Positions 36,571 to 46,962 of a DNA stretch of 59,809 nt are shown one piece after another (position 1 is the stretch's first letter; each line of letters opens with the position of its first letter). The position numbers and the translations under genes were made by a program. The notes beneath the pieces are model-generated. The model ran no database searches. It was not told the DNA's origin and saw only the letters and a program-made list of their open reading frames with translations. Source of the DNA: a virus (Duplodnaviria; Caudoviricetes); the IMG/VR virus record IMGVR_UViG_3300032227_000277, positions 1-59,809 of that record. One strand, 5' to 3'.

Positions 36571-36759
36571 TTAGTCAATCCCGCGCAGCACTAGCTCAGT
36601 TTTATTCAGCGGCTCTGAGGGAGGGGCAATGGAGTCGTAGGGGAAGGGAATCATCGTGAAAGGATACCGTGGGTTGACCGGAGGCGTCTTAGCTTCCTGC
36701 TCCTTACGCTCCTCCTCGTTAGGGTCTACCCCTTGGTTGTCTGCCACAGTGAGGCTCAT
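36571..36759 (-). CDS. Small hypothetical tail-block protein
   Basis: ATGA overlap with upstream gene. Confidence 0.6.
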   Translation of the reverse strand: MSLTVADNQGVDPNEEERKEQEAKTPPVNPRYPFTMIPFPYDSIAPPSEPLNKTELVLRGID

Positions 36760-37844
36760 ACGGTCCAGAATTTACCTCTGATTGCGGTTCTTTGATAAGC
36801 CTCCTCTGCCTGTCTATTGACTTCGTTCATAATCTCCACCGCAGCTTGCACAACGACACCGCTCAATAATCCTGCGGCTGGATTTATCTGACGATAGGCC
36901 GGAATCTTGTCAATATCAATATCAACTGAGTGATCCAAGTTATAGAAGGTATGATACTGAACCACGGGTTGCCACTCCTCGGTGACTTCGGAAGCCTCTA
37001 GGTCACCAACTGGACCTAGCATCCAAATCGTGGCGATTGGGACAGTGTCGTAACCGGGGTCAACCCCCTCTAAAGCAACCTTGACGCTGACACTCTCAGA
37101 CGCCTCAATCTCTAACGGAGACTCCCTAGTCAACTCAAGGTATGGCGGATCGTCCTTTGGGTTAGTCATTTTGACGGCAAGCTCCAGATAATTCTTATCG
37201 ACAGCCTCAGTTGGAAGAGCGAACTGCACGCTTGCTCTGGGCTGCCGAAGCACCAACTCAACACAATAAGCTACGCGAGCATTCTCCCGATCCTGCTCAA
37301 GCTCCTCGGATACATCAACGGTAACCCCACTCTCGATATTGTCAGTGCTGGCGTTTACTTTGCTAGACACCACAATGTTATAACGCTCTTGAATTGATCG
37401 AGGGACTTCCTTAGCGACATCGCCCTCTGCCGTTGGAGCACCCGTAGCGACCGGACGCCACAGCTTCGTTGGGATAAAAATCTCAGGGCGATTCAAAATA
37501 GAAACGTCGATCTTCTTCGTCAAGTCAGTCTCGGAGTCCACCTTGATCCCAAGTTTCTCCCTAACGTCTTCTGGCACAAGATAGGGAGTGGTGGAAGCCA
37601 TCACCTCATGTCCACGAACAAACCCCGGCGCTACCTGTATGACCCAACGCTCGATAGTGAAATCCCACCTAACACGAGTCTTCCATGCGTGAGGTAGACG
37701 ACCTTCTTTGTAGCCGGATGCGATCCACCCTAGATAGGCGCGTAGAAACTCACTGACAGCATTCCAGTCCTTATGGTTAAGAAGGAATGGCTCATCACTA
37801 GTTTCGTTTAGCAGTGGTCTGAATCCACCGTAGTTGACGCTCAT
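36756..37844 (-). CDS. Minor tail protein
   Basis: Position and ATGA coupling. Confidence 0.6.
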   Translation of the reverse strand: MSVNYGGFRPLLNETSDEPFLLNHKDWNAVSEFLRAYLGWIASGYKEGRLPHAWKTRVRWDFTIERWVIQVAPGFVRGHEVMASTTPYLVPEDVREKLGIKVDSETDLTKKIDVSILNRPEIFIPTKLWRPVATGAPTAEGDVAKEVPRSIQERYNIVVSSKVNASTDNIESGVTVDVSEELEQDRENARVAYCVELVLRQPRASVQFALPTEAVDKNYLELAVKMTNPKDDPPYLELTRESPLEIEASESVSVKVALEGVDPGYDTVPIATIWMLGPVGDLEASEVTEEWQPVVQYHTFYNLDHSVDIDIDKIPAYRQINPAAGLLSGVVVQAAVEIMNEVNRQAEEAYQRTAIRGKFWTV

Positions 37845-38515
37845 AGTGGAGGGAAGAAGTGCCTAGCTTGGTTGTTATCACCCTTGGTAACGAAATGCCC
37901 TAAGCTATGTCTTACAATCTGAAACCTGTTGGATACGCGCTCCTCTTCCCACTCTAAGCGAACCAAGGGATACCATGCCCAACCGTCACCATCAGCAAGC
38001 ACTCCACCGCTTCCGAATCCCTTTGGAAGTTCTTCAATTCCCTGTAGTCGTAACTGTTCCCACGTATCCTTTTCATCTGGGTCGATCTCTGCGAGTGAAC
38101 TAGTGCTGGCAGCTATGTTGACGCCTACTGCTACATATGAGTAGCCCTCGCTCTTTGGCTTCAACTGCAAGCCCAACACAACACCGTCCTTGTCCTTATC
38201 ACCGACTCGATACTCTTGGGAAATCCACGGACGCCTACCTGCAACCAAACCCTCACGAACCAACACTCTATCTTCTTCGTCTAGTGATCCAATAGACCAA
38301 GGATGCGGAGCAGTTATTACCGGAGGTTTGCCAGTGATAAGGACTCCACCGGACGGAAGGTAACGAATGTGCGTATCCTTTCCAGCAATGGTGTAGGACT
38401 CCTCTGCCTTCTGGATCAGTTTCTTCCACTTTGTAAGAATGCGGTCACCCTTCTTCGCGTAGATTTCAGCCCACTCTTCCATAAGATTTGCACGGCGTGC
38501 AATTATAAATTCCAC
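37841..38515 (-). CDS. Minor tail protein
   Basis: Position after tape measure; start could be ATG 38482. Confidence 0.6.
   Translation of the reverse strand: MEFIIARRANLMEEWAEIYAKKGDRILTKWKKLIQKAEESYTIAGKDTHIRYLPSGGVLITGKPPVITAPHPWSIGSLDEEDRVLVREGLVAGRRPWISQEYRVGDKDKDGVVLGLQLKPKSEGYSYVAVGVNIAASTSSLAEIDPDEKDTWEQLRLQGIEELPKGFGSGGVLADGDGWAWYPLVRLEWEEERVSNRFQIVRHSLGHFVTKGDNNQARHFFPPL
38488..38502. repeat. Dispersed palindrome copy 12
   Basis: TTGCACGGCGTGCAA. Confidence 0.9.
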
Positions 38516-39312
38516 CCCGTCTTTGGAGCCAACGGAGTATCTGGGAGTCTAGGTGCGTTGAACTCCCGTTCCTTCTGCTCAGTCGGGGAAAACTTACCTT
38601 CCATTGTTTCATATACCGTTTCCGGCCAGCCGCCAATTGGGGACAGCAGATATTCTACCGTAACATTAAAAAGCTCAGAATCTGGACCACTACCCGATCT
38701 ACGCGTAGCCTTTGGCGGCATAACCAACCAATCGTGTCCGTCGGGGGTATCGAAACCCCCCGGTGCTCTACTGACGATCCTACCGATCATTGAAAGGCTG
38801 GGCCTACTTCTTGAAACATAAGAATGTCGAACCACAGCCTTTAGCACCATCCAAGTAGTATGCCCATACATAGGGTTCTTACTGAAGCCCTTACTTCCCG
38901 GCTGAGTGTTCAGCTTTTTGGGAAGGCGAATATACTCTTGGAACTCTACCTTATCGTCAACAACTTGGCCGCGATACTTCTTTTTAATCTCCTGCCAGTT
39001 TGGGTGGGATTGAAGAGGTTCCTCGGAAAAGGATACATCTAGACTGTAGTCATCTACGTCAGTTGGATCTTCCTCCAGTTTGCCTTGATATTTTATGGTT
39101 AGTTCGTAGCCCAAACACCCCTCTAGCTGAGTCCAAGACCTACTGACCTCCGGTATGCCCCTATACTTAGTCTGCCCGTGAGTAGTCACATCCGCAAAGT
39201 CAGGAACTACATAGGTAAGTGAGAAGCTATATTCACGAGTGGCTGAATCGTAGCTTCCAGATTCGGAGCCACTGAGGAAAGGCGATGTTTGTCCTACGAT
39301 TATAGAGTTCAT
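38503..39312 (-). CDS. Distal tail/hub-like protein
   Basis: Immediately after tape measure; EEPLQSHPNW. Confidence 0.6.
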   Translation of the reverse strand: MNSIIVGQTSPFLSGSESGSYDSATREYSFSLTYVVPDFADVTTHGQTKYRGIPEVSRSWTQLEGCLGYELTIKYQGKLEEDPTDVDDYSLDVSFSEEPLQSHPNWQEIKKKYRGQVVDDKVEFQEYIRLPKKLNTQPGSKGFSKNPMYGHTTWMVLKAVVRHSYVSRSRPSLSMIGRIVSRAPGGFDTPDGHDWLVMPPKATRRSGSGPDSELFNVTVEYLLSPIGGWPETVYETMEGKFSPTEQKEREFNAPRLPDTPLAPKTGWNL

Positions 39313-41714
39313 TACGCAAAGGTTGCTACCCCTCCATTGTTTTTAAGTGATGCGACTGCCGCTGTGGTCTTCTTCTGTTCCTCCAGCATATCTTCCGCCG
39401 TATCCAACTGATCTTTCGCGATATTGGCAATGACTTCGTTGATGGTTCGGCCCATGATGAGGTTGGTAGCCATTCGGTTGGCTCCAGCCAAACCACCTCC
39501 TAGCCCGTTGTAACCAGAACCGGAACCTGCGGCCATATCCCTCCCACCCTTTTCACCGGGAGGCTTTTCTGGAACCTTCGGAAGATTTCGACCAACTATA
39601 CCTTTAAGTTGTTCGAACAAGCTACCCTGACCGAATACGTCCTTAGCCGTGAAGCCATCCTTAAATACGGTCATCGCGTCAGCCACATTGGTGTTCCAAG
39701 CATCACCGAGTTCATAACCAGCGACAACGGATGCCTCAGTGGCTTTTCCTCGTAAGCTGGTAGCCGCGCCTAGGATTCCATTACCGAGGGCTTCACCATT
39801 AGTTTTTGTTTCGAGCGCGATGTCCCCCCAGCTTCTTCCGAGACGATCCAATCCAGATTGAAACATGTCACCACCAGCAGTAGACGCTGCGGGAGCCTGT
39901 GCCTTAACCTTGTCAGAAAAGGCGTTAGCAACCCAGCCAATGAGATCCTTAGCCTCTTGTATAATACCAGAAAAGACAGCCTTAACCGTTTGGATGAACC
40001 CACCGAGTTTATCGACGATGACATCGGTAAGGATTGAACCGATGACTTTAAAGAAATCTACCCACGCAGACAGTTTAACGAGTATGTAGTCAATCATCGA
40101 CCTTCCGATAAGTGAGATCACTTGCCATATCGCCATGACATACGCCATACCCTGTCTGAACGCATTTACAGACGCTTCAATCTGGCTGTAGATAAAGCCA
40201 CCGACCAACATCGCAGTTCCAAGGAGCGTATTAGCGAAGAAATTAGCCACGGTTAAAATCGGCAGGGTAAACCTCAACACAGCTAAAGCTAACCGACCAG
40301 TGAGTTCGGTCACCATAGAGAGCATTAGGTAGACGCTAGACAGGAATACTTGGTAGATGCCGCTCCAAAAAACTGGGCTAGCTAACATACTGAAGACCCC
40401 GACTGCGAATGCCGCTACTGATTGAAAGGCAAACACCAAGCTATTATAGAACAAGTTACCCGTCTTAGCAGCGATAAGTTTCATTACCGTCGCAAGCAGC
40501 GTAAAAAGCTCCCCGTTTTTGGCTGCGTTATTCATAATCTGAATAGTCAGCGCCAGATCTAGCACGAACTTGCGAAGAGCATTAACAATGGAAGTCAATC
40601 CTTTCAATAACGCAGAGCTGTCTCCAATAACCTTCTGGAGTTCTAGCCATGCGTTTTTCAGCCTTAGAGTGGCAGCTTCCAATCCACTGTCCATCGTGTC
40701 AGCCATTCGTTGCGCAGCTCCATCTGCGTTACCCAGCACACCATTGAACTTAACAAGCTCATCGTAAAGCACGGTGAATGCAGTGCCAGCCACACCTGCA
40801 CGCTGCCCAAATATCGCAAACGCCGTGTTTGCATCCACGCCCTTATCCTTTAGGCGTTTCATAATCTGATCCAACTGGTTCAGTTTCCCCGGTCTAATTT
40901 CTTCAGTAGTAAGACCCAACTCCAGAAGTTTTTTATGCGCGGCTGATGAGGAGTCCGCTAGCTGAATAAGCGTTCCACGGATAGCAGTCCCAGCCATACT
41001 TGCCTTAACTCCAGCCCCCGCTAATGACCCCATAGCAGCAGCCACCGTCTCAAAAGACTGACCCATCCCCGCACCTGCCAACCCAACGTATTTAAAGGCA
41101 TTCTGAATCTCGTTCAAGTCAGTCGTTGACTTAGCTGCGGTCATCGCCAACACATCAACAACTCGTGTAGTCTCAGATGCTGCCATGCCGAATGATGTCA
41201 TCATATCAGCCACGCTTTGCGCGGTATACCCCAAGCCCATACCGCTCGCTTGAGCCAAGTTTAGGATACCATGCAACGACTCACCTGCATCACCCGCCCC
41301 ATACCCAGCCTTCGCTAAGGCTTCTAACCCTTCCGCCGCTTCAATCATAGAAAACCTAGTCTGCTTACCCGCCCTCCGAGCGGTATACTCCAGATACTCC
41401 ATATTTGCAGCAACGTCCCCACCGTCCTCTTGAACCACAGACTTTATGCGGAGCATAGCTGATTCAAACTTCGTGAGAACTGATACTGTCTGGCTTAAAC
41501 CGCGAACGGCAAACGCAATGGCAGCAACACCCGCCGCGACACCTCCAGCTACCGCCGCGACACCTACTAAACCACCCATCATCCCACTGAGCGCGGGGCT
41601 TGTTCGACTGACAGGTCCACTGAGTGAGTTTATGCTTCGCGATAGGTTGTTGATCGCGCTCTGCGCCTGACCTGCATTCGCAAGAAAGTTAATCGAGACG
41701 GTATGCTGGGCCAT
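39312..41714 (-). CDS. Tape measure protein (TP901 family)
   Basis: TRFSMIEAAEGLEALAKAG, DVLAMTA, GVKASMAGTAIR, GAAQRMADTM; Ala/Gly-rich helical. Confidence 0.93.
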   Translation of the reverse strand: MAQHTVSINFLANAGQAQSAINNLSRSINSLSGPVSRTSPALSGMMGGLVGVAAVAGGVAAGVAAIAFAVRGLSQTVSVLTKFESAMLRIKSVVQEDGGDVAANMEYLEYTARRAGKQTRFSMIEAAEGLEALAKAGYGAGDAGESLHGILNLAQASGMGLGYTAQSVADMMTSFGMAASETTRVVDVLAMTAAKSTTDLNEIQNAFKYVGLAGAGMGQSFETVAAAMGSLAGAGVKASMAGTAIRGTLIQLADSSSAAHKKLLELGLTTEEIRPGKLNQLDQIMKRLKDKGVDANTAFAIFGQRAGVAGTAFTVLYDELVKFNGVLGNADGAAQRMADTMDSGLEAATLRLKNAWLELQKVIGDSSALLKGLTSIVNALRKFVLDLALTIQIMNNAAKNGELFTLLATVMKLIAAKTGNLFYNSLVFAFQSVAAFAVGVFSMLASPVFWSGIYQVFLSSVYLMLSMVTELTGRLALAVLRFTLPILTVANFFANTLLGTAMLVGGFIYSQIEASVNAFRQGMAYVMAIWQVISLIGRSMIDYILVKLSAWVDFFKVIGSILTDVIVDKLGGFIQTVKAVFSGIIQEAKDLIGWVANAFSDKVKAQAPAASTAGGDMFQSGLDRLGRSWGDIALETKTNGEALGNGILGAATSLRGKATEASVVAGYELGDAWNTNVADAMTVFKDGFTAKDVFGQGSLFEQLKGIVGRNLPKVPEKPPGEKGGRDMAAGSGSGYNGLGGGLAGANRMATNLIMGRTINEVIANIAKDQLDTAEDMLEEQKKTTAAVASLKNNGGVATFA

Positions 41715-41722
41715 GACGGATA

Positions 41723-41911
41723 TTACACTTCATCAAGCAGGTTTTCAATCCTTTGATTTGGTCTTCGAACTTTATAGCCCTCACGAAGGTAGAACATATG
41801 CTCGTATGCGAAAACTAGACGGAGCGGCATCTTCTTGAAGATGTAGTCTGCGTTATGCCCCGTCACAAGATGAACTATGACGCAGAGCCGCGCCATCCAG
41901 TTCGGGGTCAA
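41723..41911 (-). CDS. Tail assembly chaperone T-segment (-1 frame)
   Basis: Overlaps the G-ORF end in the -1 frame, just upstream of TMP. Confidence 0.65.
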   Translation of the reverse strand: MTPNWMARLCVIVHLVTGHNADYIFKKMPLRLVFAYEHMFYLREGYKVRRPNQRIENLLDEV

Positions 41912-42366
41912 GACTCCCCCAGCATATCGACAGACAGTTCTTGCCTAGCTTTGGTTTCCTCAACAGGCTCAACCCTAGTTTCTTGAGAACTTTGAAGCAA
42001 GTCCATCACGAGTTGCTGGAACTGCGGCATCTCTGAAGGAGCAATCTGATCCGCCAGTTCGTAGGCTTGTAGCTCCAACTCATTCGGGTCGTCAGCCAGC
42101 TTGATCGCTTCACGCAAGGAGATAGACTGTAGCAAAACGACCTTGCACGAATCGAGGAGCAGGTTGTCGCAATCTTCGATTGCCTTTCCAGATACAATCT
42201 CGTTCTTCGTCTTTTGGAGTAGCGCGATACTCGCGAGCTTGATAGGGCGCAACTTCTTTCCAAAAATTGTCGGCATATGTCCTAGCATGTCGCTTTGGAC
42301 GTTCGCCATGATTCGGTCCTCGTTACTCTCAATCAAGTTGAGTTCGCTCTCGATGTTATTGTCCAT
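41908..42366 (-). CDS. Tail assembly chaperone (gpG-like)
   Basis: Position; probable ATG 42366; ends LGES. Confidence 0.7.
   Translation of the reverse strand: MDNNIESELNLIESNEDRIMANVQSDMLGHMPTIFGKKLRPIKLASIALLQKTKNEIVSGKAIEDCDNLLLDSCKVVLLQSISLREAIKLADDPNELELQAYELADQIAPSEMPQFQQLVMDLLQSSQETRVEPVEETKARQELSVDMLGES
41914..41920 (-). other. Putative -1 slippery site G GGG GAG
   Basis: One sense codon before the G-ORF stop; -1 shift enters the T ORF. Confidence 0.55.
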
Positions 42367-42367
42367 A

Positions 42368-42868
42368 TTAGCCCTTTGGTTTTTGATCTTCGAACGGATC
42401 GCAACGCACCCACCCCTTTTTGAGGTAGTTTTCATGCCGTTTAGATCCCTCAATACACTGCACAGTTGATTGACCTGTAGGCGAGCGGAAAGCTACCCAA
42501 GGCTTCACCTTAGCCAGACGCTCGACAAAGATAGACCTGTTTCGAAGAGCGCACATCGCACCCGTGAATATGTCCACTGGGTTTTCAGCGATGTATTTAT
42601 CGGACTGCGCGTATCCATTGACTAGGTCCATCGTCTTCTTCTTCTTATCCGAGGTATGCGGTAAGAAATTAAAAACCCACCGAATCTCACCGTTCTTTAG
42701 TCGAGCGGCGGTATACGGTGGGTCTTCACGAAGAGGAACGCCAACGGAAAAGAGAGCGACTGCCAAGTCCAAGTCTGTGACCCGAACAACCGACGTATGG
42801 TTGGAGATTGCCCCCCGGCTTTTAGCCTTCTGAAGCAATACATCCGCTTTGCTACCTCTCTCTTCCAT
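42368..42868 (-). CDS. Hypothetical protein in tail operon
   Basis: 166-aa ORF abutting the chaperone start. Confidence 0.65.
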   Translation of the reverse strand: MEERGSKADVLLQKAKSRGAISNHTSVVRVTDLDLAVALFSVGVPLREDPPYTAARLKNGEIRWVFNFLPHTSDKKKKTMDLVNGYAQSDKYIAENPVDIFTGAMCALRNRSIFVERLAKVKPWVAFRSPTGQSTVQCIEGSKRHENYLKKGWVRCDPFEDQKPKG

Positions 42869-42909
42869 CTGGAAATTCCCTTCGGCTCAAAGTCCTCCGA
42901 GACAGGTGT

Positions 42910-42925
42910 TTGCACTCGCGTGCAA
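42910..42925. repeat. Dispersed palindrome copy 13
   Basis: TTGCACTCGCGTGCAA. Confidence 0.85.
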
Positions 42926-42937
42926 ACTGGTTCATGG

Positions 42938-43291
42938 TCACGAGCCAGCAGCAATGCCACTGTAGGAGGTGGCTTTGATCGAGGACTTGACGAACTCCTC
43001 GTTCGCCTTCTCAACAGAGACTTCGTCAACGTAGGTCTCCCCAGCAAGTGTGAGGTAGGTTCCAGCGAGAGAAAGGGATGACCCAACCGTGTTGGTAGCT
43101 GTTCCAAGCCCCTCAATCTGGACTTCAGAAGTCGCATTGTAGTAGGCAACAGTCACGATAGACCCGCAGCTATTACGAGCTTCCTTCTTGTCCATCTTGT
43201 TAGTGACAGACACAGATTGAGTGACAAGGCTCGCCTCATCATATTCAATCCCAAATTCAAGTTCTTGTCCGACAATAGTTCCGCAGGGCAT
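42938..43291 (-). CDS. Major tail tube protein
   Basis: Small S/T-rich beta protein between terminator and chaperones; probable ATG 43291. Confidence 0.65.
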   Translation of the reverse strand: MPCGTIVGQELEFGIEYDEASLVTQSVSVTNKMDKKEARNSCGSIVTVAYYNATSEVQIEGLGTATNTVGSSLSLAGTYLTLAGETYVDEVSVEKANEEFVKSSIKATSYSGIAAGS

Positions 43292-43351
43292 GGCAGTAGT
43301 TGGGTTAGTTATCTCGAAAATACCATCCCATCGACAACGCGTCAACACTGA

Positions 43352-43906
43352 TTATGCTAATGTTGTCTGACGTTCTCCACGGCAGTGATGTTGGGGGTAA
43401 AGAGTGATCTCCAGAAAGAAGTGAAAGGCGTTTTCGGTGTTTTCATTCTCCTCAACCACGACACGGGTAGGCTGAATCACTGTGCCGCCTAAGCTAGTGT
43501 CTACCGAATCCTCACCGTCTCGGGTAGTTTCAATAGCGTCGATGATTAGAGCTAACCAGTCTAGCGCACCCTTGGGGACAGAAGGCTCCGTAGGGTCTCT
43601 GCGAAATAGTCCCTTTTGTCTGGAGAACGCGCATCTGTATTTGACGACTTGCTGAGGAGCCACGGGGGAGTTCTTCTTCGCAACGTCAGCGGTTCTAGGA
43701 GCACCAGCAGAGATGCTCTCCGTTAGCTGAAACGTATCGAACTGCATGGAAGGGTAGCTGTCTTCACCCATCGACTGCTTTGTGCCTTCGGGATCGTATT
43801 TCAGACCAGCCAGCATACCTCCCGGCTGCGAATGGAAGGTCAGACGTTCGTTGATCTCCCATGCCGGGGCGCAAAACCTAAACACATCGTTTACCGTTGG
43901 ATTCAT
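43352..43906 (-). CDS. Tail terminator/completion-like protein
   Basis: Synteny; DTSLGGTV motif. Confidence 0.55.
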   Translation of the reverse strand: MNPTVNDVFRFCAPAWEINERLTFHSQPGGMLAGLKYDPEGTKQSMGEDSYPSMQFDTFQLTESISAGAPRTADVAKKNSPVAPQQVVKYRCAFSRQKGLFRRDPTEPSVPKGALDWLALIIDAIETTRDGEDSVDTSLGGTVIQPTRVVVEENENTENAFHFFLEITLYPQHHCRGERQTTLA

Positions 43907-43907
43907 A

Positions 43908-44408
43908 TTAAATGCTCTTCCTGATTACTCGCGCAAGTCGTAGTTGCGCTAGGTTTCCGTAGGTTGTTTCTAGATCACGCAGGATATTGTGCGGCCTAAT
44001 TCCACGAACCCGTTTCGCTAGGATGTAATCAACCCCCCACTTGTAGCTCTTTTTATTGCGGTATACGCCTTTAGGTCCAGCACTGTGCGCCTTCTTATTC
44101 AAGGGGATGAACATTCTCTTTGCTCTCTTTGCGCCATGTGACTTAGTTCCCTTCTCCAGATACCGCATGGCCCTGTAGTTATTTCGAAGAATCCATCCAA
44201 CGGAACCACGACTAACCACTTGCCACCCCGCCTTCGTATTTCTAGTAAAGCGTTCTGGGGTTTTAAGGATTGCTTCTGCTTTAGCACCCTCCGCGATAGC
44301 CCGCAGTTCCGCCTTGATGAAAGGCGCACTCAAAACCATGTTGGTCTTCTTTAAAGCAGATTGAAGTGCTTTAGCATTGACCGTTATTGCTATTTGCCTA
44401 GCAGCCAT
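43908..44408 (-). CDS. HK97 gp10-like tail completion protein
   Basis: Basic; TPERFTRNTKAGW, YLEKGT, GIRPHNIL. Confidence 0.7.
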   Translation of the reverse strand: MAARQIAITVNAKALQSALKKTNMVLSAPFIKAELRAIAEGAKAEAILKTPERFTRNTKAGWQVVSRGSVGWILRNNYRAMRYLEKGTKSHGAKRAKRMFIPLNKKAHSAGPKGVYRNKKSYKWGVDYILAKRVRGIRPHNILRDLETTYGNLAQLRLARVIRKSI

Positions 44409-45112
44409 CAGAGCATATGAGAGAAGTTCCTAAACTTGTTCAGAAGCCTGTAAACGTCGGCGGGAATAGTAAGCTCGATAAGCTCAATCCTGTTTCCCTC
44501 AAGATTGACCTGCTCCAAACGTCTCTCCATGCTGTAGGTGGCTGCGATGATTGCCGTAGCCTTTCTGAGGGTGGATGGAAGGTTTAGAGGAATGCGCGTA
44601 TCACCAAGTTCTGGGTCTTCTCCCTCGGCAACGTCGTTCTCATAGCCGAAAGTCCCCTCAAGCACCATGTTTCTGACGAACGGGTATTCGCCAAAGATCG
44701 TCGGGCTTCGATAGGTAAAGGGGTTCTCCCGAAACATGACACGACTTTCCGCAGTAATCTTGCCGATCTGCTTACTGTCGTCGTTATCAAAGTAGTAGTC
44801 TTGAGGACTCCACAGATCGTCGTTAGTCTTTCCAACGACTCGGTCATCATACACCCACAGCTTAGTCAGTGTGATGATGGGCCAAGGGAGATAGACACTG
44901 TCCTCCATGACCCATGAGCGCCGAACAGTAAGTGGCGTTTCACCTGCTGAGTGGTCATGGTAACGAAAGTCTCTTCGGCAGTGCTCCTCGACCCAACGAG
45001 ATGCGAGGTTGATACAGGTGTGATACCAGTCAGTGAGTTCCTGCCCCGAGTTCTTGGTTTCCCTTTGGACATCAAGCAGGGTGCAGTATGGTTTCTCCAG
45101 CGTCACACTCAT
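44408..45112 (-). CDS. Head-tail connector (gp6/gp15-like)
   Basis: YCTLLDV, ASRWVEEHCRRDF, IPADVYRLLNKFR. Confidence 0.75.
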   Translation of the reverse strand: MSVTLEKPYCTLLDVQRETKNSGQELTDWYHTCINLASRWVEEHCRRDFRYHDHSAGETPLTVRRSWVMEDSVYLPWPIITLTKLWVYDDRVVGKTNDDLWSPQDYYFDNDDSKQIGKITAESRVMFRENPFTYRSPTIFGEYPFVRNMVLEGTFGYENDVAEGEDPELGDTRIPLNLPSTLRKATAIIAATYSMERRLEQVNLEGNRIELIELTIPADVYRLLNKFRNFSHML

Positions 45113-45117
45113 ATCAA

Positions 45118-45318
45118 TTAAGCGGTATGCGGTCCTTTAGCGACCTTGGTTTGGAAGGATTTGTCTTGAGGAATGGAGCGACGAAAATCAGTCAACGCAC
45201 GTTCCTGATCTTCTGTCGTCTTTAGACTGTTGAACCGCATAATGTGCTCCGCCTTCTCACTGGTAGTGAGGTGTCTGGAGGAGTTGATGAGACGGCAGAA
45301 GGTGGCTTTGGTGTTCAT
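45118..45318 (-). CDS. Small hypothetical protein
   Basis: ATGA overlap with upstream gene. Confidence 0.6.
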   Translation of the reverse strand: MNTKATFCRLINSSRHLTTSEKAEHIMRFNSLKTTEDQERALTDFRRSIPQDKSFQTKVAKGPHTA

Positions 45319-45989
45319 GTCAGGGCAGGTTGTAGCTTCGATCTCTTCCGAAAGGATGTAACGGTCTTCAGCATTTTAGAGGACTTCGGCTTCTCAGCTT
45401 CACTGGTTTCAGCACCCTGCTCAACCTCCAAGCTGACCAGTTCTGCTCCGCTCTTGTCGTAGCGTGGTGCAGGGAAGTCGCCTTGGATTCGTGGGACGCT
45501 TTGCTCATTATTCTCGTAGTAACGAAGAACGAGGTTCCCGGTTCCATCGTCTTCAAGGCGCGGCATCTGCAAGCGTTGAGTCTCAGTGTATCTGTGCCAC
45601 TGCATGTTTTTGGACGCGGCGATAATCGCATCCACCACGAAGAGCTTTTCGCCGTCGTAGTTCGGCTCAGTGACCACGGCTCCAGCCAGACGCATAGCAT
45701 CAATGATTCCGCGCAACTGGTTGCGGCTTGCTCTGGCAGTGAGACGATTGAACACGTTCGGGTTCTCCCAAGGGATAGTTCGCAGATCGAACACGGGCGT
45801 TCCGATGGGCAAGATGCCTTCCCCAAGTTTCATCGCCTCACTGGTGACATCACCGCTGAGTAGCTTGTAGGCGTTGTCTTGCTCGACACAGTCCCACTCA
45901 CCTTCGGTAAGCACGAGTTCTTGCCCTTTCTTGACTTCTCCAAAACGACCGATGTTCTTGGGTTCTCCGACGTATTTCACTGTTCTCAT
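45315..45989 (-). CDS. Hypothetical head-associated protein
   Basis: Probable ATG 45989 (MRTVKYVG). Confidence 0.6.
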   Translation of the reverse strand: MRTVKYVGEPKNIGRFGEVKKGQELVLTEGEWDCVEQDNAYKLLSGDVTSEAMKLGEGILPIGTPVFDLRTIPWENPNVFNRLTARASRNQLRGIIDAMRLAGAVVTEPNYDGEKLFVVDAIIAASKNMQWHRYTETQRLQMPRLEDDGTGNLVLRYYENNEQSVPRIQGDFPAPRYDKSGAELVSLEVEQGAETSEAEKPKSSKMLKTVTSFRKRSKLQPALT

Positions 45990-46039
45990 ATATTTGCTGA
46001 TAGCGAGTAAAGCATAACAGGAACGCCGCCACCCCGCAA

Positions 46040-46924
46040 CTACAGATTGCACGAGCGTGCAAACGCTGGTCGGATTCTCGCCCACGCTTTTCCTGACCGA
46101 ATGTCTTCAGACGAAAACTGAGAGGAGGCTACCTGATCTAGCCAAGCCCTTCTCTGGTCTTCATCAAAGTAGGCTTGTTGATCTACTGTGCTTCGAACAT
46201 CCCAGCACATGCTGCCGGGGTGTGCTGGCATAACGTCTATTCCAGCCATGAAGGCTTCTACCAGTGAGTTTGAGGAGAACGCTACGGCTAGATCCGCCCA
46301 TTCAAAAACCTTCTCTTTATCCCAACCAGCGTCATCAAACTTGAAAACATCTGGGGCGACCATGTTAGTCCAAACTGCGTCCTGCGGATGTCCGCGAAAC
46401 CCAACTGCACAACCTCGCCGCTCAAGGAAGCTGGCTAACCGTCTAAGGTATTCGCAATAAGCCCGTGGACGCCCGTCGTCGGATGCGTGAATTGGTATGA
46501 GGCTGGCGTCTTTCGCAACCTGACCCAGAATGACTACGTTCTTGTGTTCGATCCTTTTAGGTAATGGCTTCAGATCACCATACCACTCCTGCCCAGCACC
46601 TTGAATCACTGGCGCAACAGGTTTACCCATTCCGTTCAGCCCAGAAAACCCTACGAAGAAGTTGTTTAGTCTGTCACCGAGAAAACCACACTCCATTACA
46701 AGGTGGTGGACGGCGTGTAAGTGAGCTAGTTCGGGCATTCTTGGACCCCAAGTAATACATACGTCTCCATATTGATCCTTGTCGGACGACAGTGTCACGG
46801 GCTTGTCTCCGAAAGCCCTAATACCTTCTTTCCACAATGACATGCCCCTTACCCTCAGTTCAGTCGATCTAGGGTAGTGTTGATTGCAGAGAATGACCTC
46901 AATAGGTCGAGTAGTGTTTGCCAT
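46040..46924 (-). CDS. KpsS/Capsule_synth-like GT-B glycosyltransferase
   Basis: VMECGFLG, VILGQV..DASL, FRGHP, AFSSNSLVEAFMAGI. Confidence 0.7.
   Translation of the reverse strand: MANTTRPIEVILCNQHYPRSTELRVRGMSLWKEGIRAFGDKPVTLSSDKDQYGDVCITWGPRMPELAHLHAVHHLVMECGFLGDRLNNFFVGFSGLNGMGKPVAPVIQGAGQEWYGDLKPLPKRIEHKNVVILGQVAKDASLIPIHASDDGRPRAYCEYLRRLASFLERRGCAVGFRGHPQDAVWTNMVAPDVFKFDDAGWDKEKVFEWADLAVAFSSNSLVEAFMAGIDVMPAHPGSMCWDVRSTVDQQAYFDEDQRRAWLDQVASSQFSSEDIRSGKAWARIRPAFARSCNL
46047..46062. repeat. Dispersed palindrome copy 14
   Basis: TTGCACGAGCGTGCAA. Confidence 0.9.
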
Positions 46925-46962
46925 GAAAGAAGTATAAGGGTTGTATAGCGGCACACAACTGC

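Noticed and set aside
45986-46042. Readthrough of the GT TAG would end in an ATGA overlap with the next gene
   Set aside because: The added 17-18 residues carry no motif; likely coincidence.
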